Of a stretch of 64,000 nt of DNA, positions 62,281 through 64,000 are shown in pieces. A program made the translations under genes and the position numbers. The notes under the pieces are model-generated. The model worked only from the letters and a program-made list of their open reading frames with translations. It was not told the origin of the DNA and did not search any database. Each line of letters opens with the position of its first letter. The first letter of the stretch is position 1. The stretch covers positions 99,027-163,026 of IMG/VR virus record IMGVR_UViG_3300046171_000225; one strand, written 5' to 3'. Source of the stretch: a virus.

Positions 62281-63844
62281 TGGCCATCAAAAGATACTTT
62301 GCAACCAAAGACAATACTATCACTAATGCTTTTAAGTCTAATCTAGTGACTAGAGGCACAGGCTCTAACATGGGAGAGTCTGACATTCTTGAAGTATTCT
62401 CTATCCATGGGCAGGCGTCTTCTTCTTCTGGCCTTAGTTCTGAGCTTTCTAGAGTAATCTTGGAGTTTGACACAGCGGATGTAGCTTCAGACAGGTCTTC
62501 AGGCGCTTTGCCTGAGAGCGGGAGTGTTTCTTTTTTCTTAAAGATGTTTAATGCTAAGCATGGCCAAACTTTGCCAAAAAACTACACTTTAGAGATTAAA
62601 GCTATCACTGGTTCGAGCGGCACGGATTGACTTGGGAAGAAGGGTATGGCCTAGATATGGAAGGCTATACAGATGTAACAGCAGGTGGAACTGGCTCGAA
62701 CTGGGTCAATTATAAAGCCAATGCAGCGTGGTCAACCACTGGTGGAGATTACGCGAATCCAAACACAGACTTATCTTCTTCGTTTGAACAGTATTTCTCT
62801 ACCGGAACAGAAGACTTAGAAGTAGATGTCACCACGCTTGTAGAGCAGTGGCTCAACAGCGATGGTAACGTTTTGGGCCAAAAGAGCAATTATGGATTTG
62901 GAGTGATGCTATCGTCTAGCCACGAAACAGATCCAAGATCTTTCTACACTAAAAAGTTTTTTGCTCGTGGTTCAGAGTTCTTTTTCAAGCGTCCTGTTCT
63001 TGAGGCACGCTGGGATTCAAGGGATCTTGACAACAGGGGCAACTTCATTTATTCGAGTTCTCTTGCGACACCGGATGAGAACTTAAATAAGATATTTCTA
63101 TACAATTATTTCAGAGGACAGCTAAGAAATATCCCCAGTATTGGTACGGGAAATATCTATGTTAGTTTCTTTTCTGGCTCCGCAGATGATACTGCTCCTT
63201 CTGGGAGTGCTCTTGAGCTTGTGGTCGATGGCGTACATGTCACCGATGCAGCCCGTAACAAGGTTGTCACGGGCTCTTATTACTCTACGGGGATCTACAC
63301 TGCTAGTGTTGCTTTGACAGCCGCTACGACCCCTCTAGAGACTGTATATGACGTTTGGTTCCAAGGTGGAGACTCCATAGCAGACGCAACGCAGGCAACA
63401 ACTCAGTTCCACACAGGAACTATTGAGCCCGAAACTATCGATTCTTACAATATTGCACCTTCGGATCGTTATGTGACCAATATAACCAACCTAAAGCCAG
63501 AATACTCAAGAGAAGAAACAGCGAGATTTAGAGTTTATGTTCGCCAAAAGAACTGGTCTCCTACTATTTACAACGTAGCATCTTCTCAAATAGAGAACTA
63601 CCCCATCGAAAGCGGATCTTATAGAGTGTTTAGAGTAGTAGATGAACTAGATGTTATACCATACGGAACTGGCAGTAATTTACATACTGCGATGAGCTAC
63701 GACATGTCAGGAAACTACTTTGACCTTGATATGTCGATGCTAGAGACAGACTACATGTACGGTATCACATTTACTTACTACAACAACTCTATTGGAGGCT
63801 GGGTCGAGCAACCAGAGATATTTAAATTTAGGGTCCAAGAATGA
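62280..63844 (+). CDS. virion structural protein, frameshift near 62627
   Basis: KDNTI...SRVILEFD, then WEEGYG...DLEVDVT..VEQW...NYGF...RPVLEARWD...SYD.SGNYF. Confidence 0.65.
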
Positions 63845-64000
63845 GCAGTAAGAATCTTTTCGATAAGGGGAAGTCCTACAAGGTGCTTTCCTCTGTAGAT
63901 CCGGATACTCTAGGGAGAGATGCCGAATCTTACAGCAATATCCAAGAACAAGTTGAAGATAAAAGAAGATTTGTTCCAAATGTAGATTTTTCGGACGCTT
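63841..64000 (+). CDS. partial CDS running off the window end
   Basis: ATGA overlap; MSSKNLFDKGK... open to the window edge. Confidence 0.55.
   Translation, partial: MSSKNLFDKGKSYKVLSSVDPDTLGRDAESYSNIQEQVEDKRRFVPNVDFSDA

Noticed and set aside
43293-62630. Many split genes (near 43446, 45975, 46235, 49975, 52320, 59000, 61560, 62627, and also 12471) as programmed frameshifts or pseudogenes
   Set aside because: They hit presumably essential genes such as gp6, several fall in homopolymer runs, they share no slippery motif, and single-base fixes restore the frames. Sequencing or assembly indels are the simplest explanation; read-level polishing would settle it.

Overview
This window is part of a large tailed (myovirus-type, probably jumbo) bacteriophage genome, and essentially all real genes are on the + strand. 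It has five blocks. (1) ~1-13.6 kb: an early/accessory region of small hypothetical genes with sigma70-like TTGAC(A) promoters, four tRNAs (Ile-UAU, Lys-UUU, Arg-UCU, Leu-UAG), an HNH gene, a GP88-family gene, and a GC-rich terminal part with a DUF932-like gene. (2) ~13.6-15.1 kb: an abrupt compositional junction followed by HNH and GIY-YIG endonuclease genes. (3) ~15.1-35 kb: otherwise unrelated proteins (ParB-like, kinase-like, zincins, a second GP88 domain, an HhH-fold domain, SleB hydrolase, a lysozyme/SGNH polyprotein, basic modules) that share short leader peptides such as M-K-x-L-F-E-x-W-x-x-[FY]-L-x-E and many L-x-E junctions. This looks like a capsid-targeting and prohead-protease cargo system for co-injected proteins, and it is the most interesting signal in the window. 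(4) ~35.6-50.5 kb: cytidylyltransferase, PIN-PhoH, a PD-(D/E)XK nuclease and a glycosylation island (glycosyltransferases, WbqC, fcl, gmd, epimerase, ugd). (5) ~51-64 kb: a gp55-like late sigma factor followed by baseplate/structural genes (spike-like, very large protein, gp25, gp6). A conserved ACTA(T/C/A)TTA motif upstream of many late genes is a candidate late promoter. About ten single-base frameshifts in conserved genes look like long-read indel errors. All family assignments come from motif recognition by eye, without database searches.
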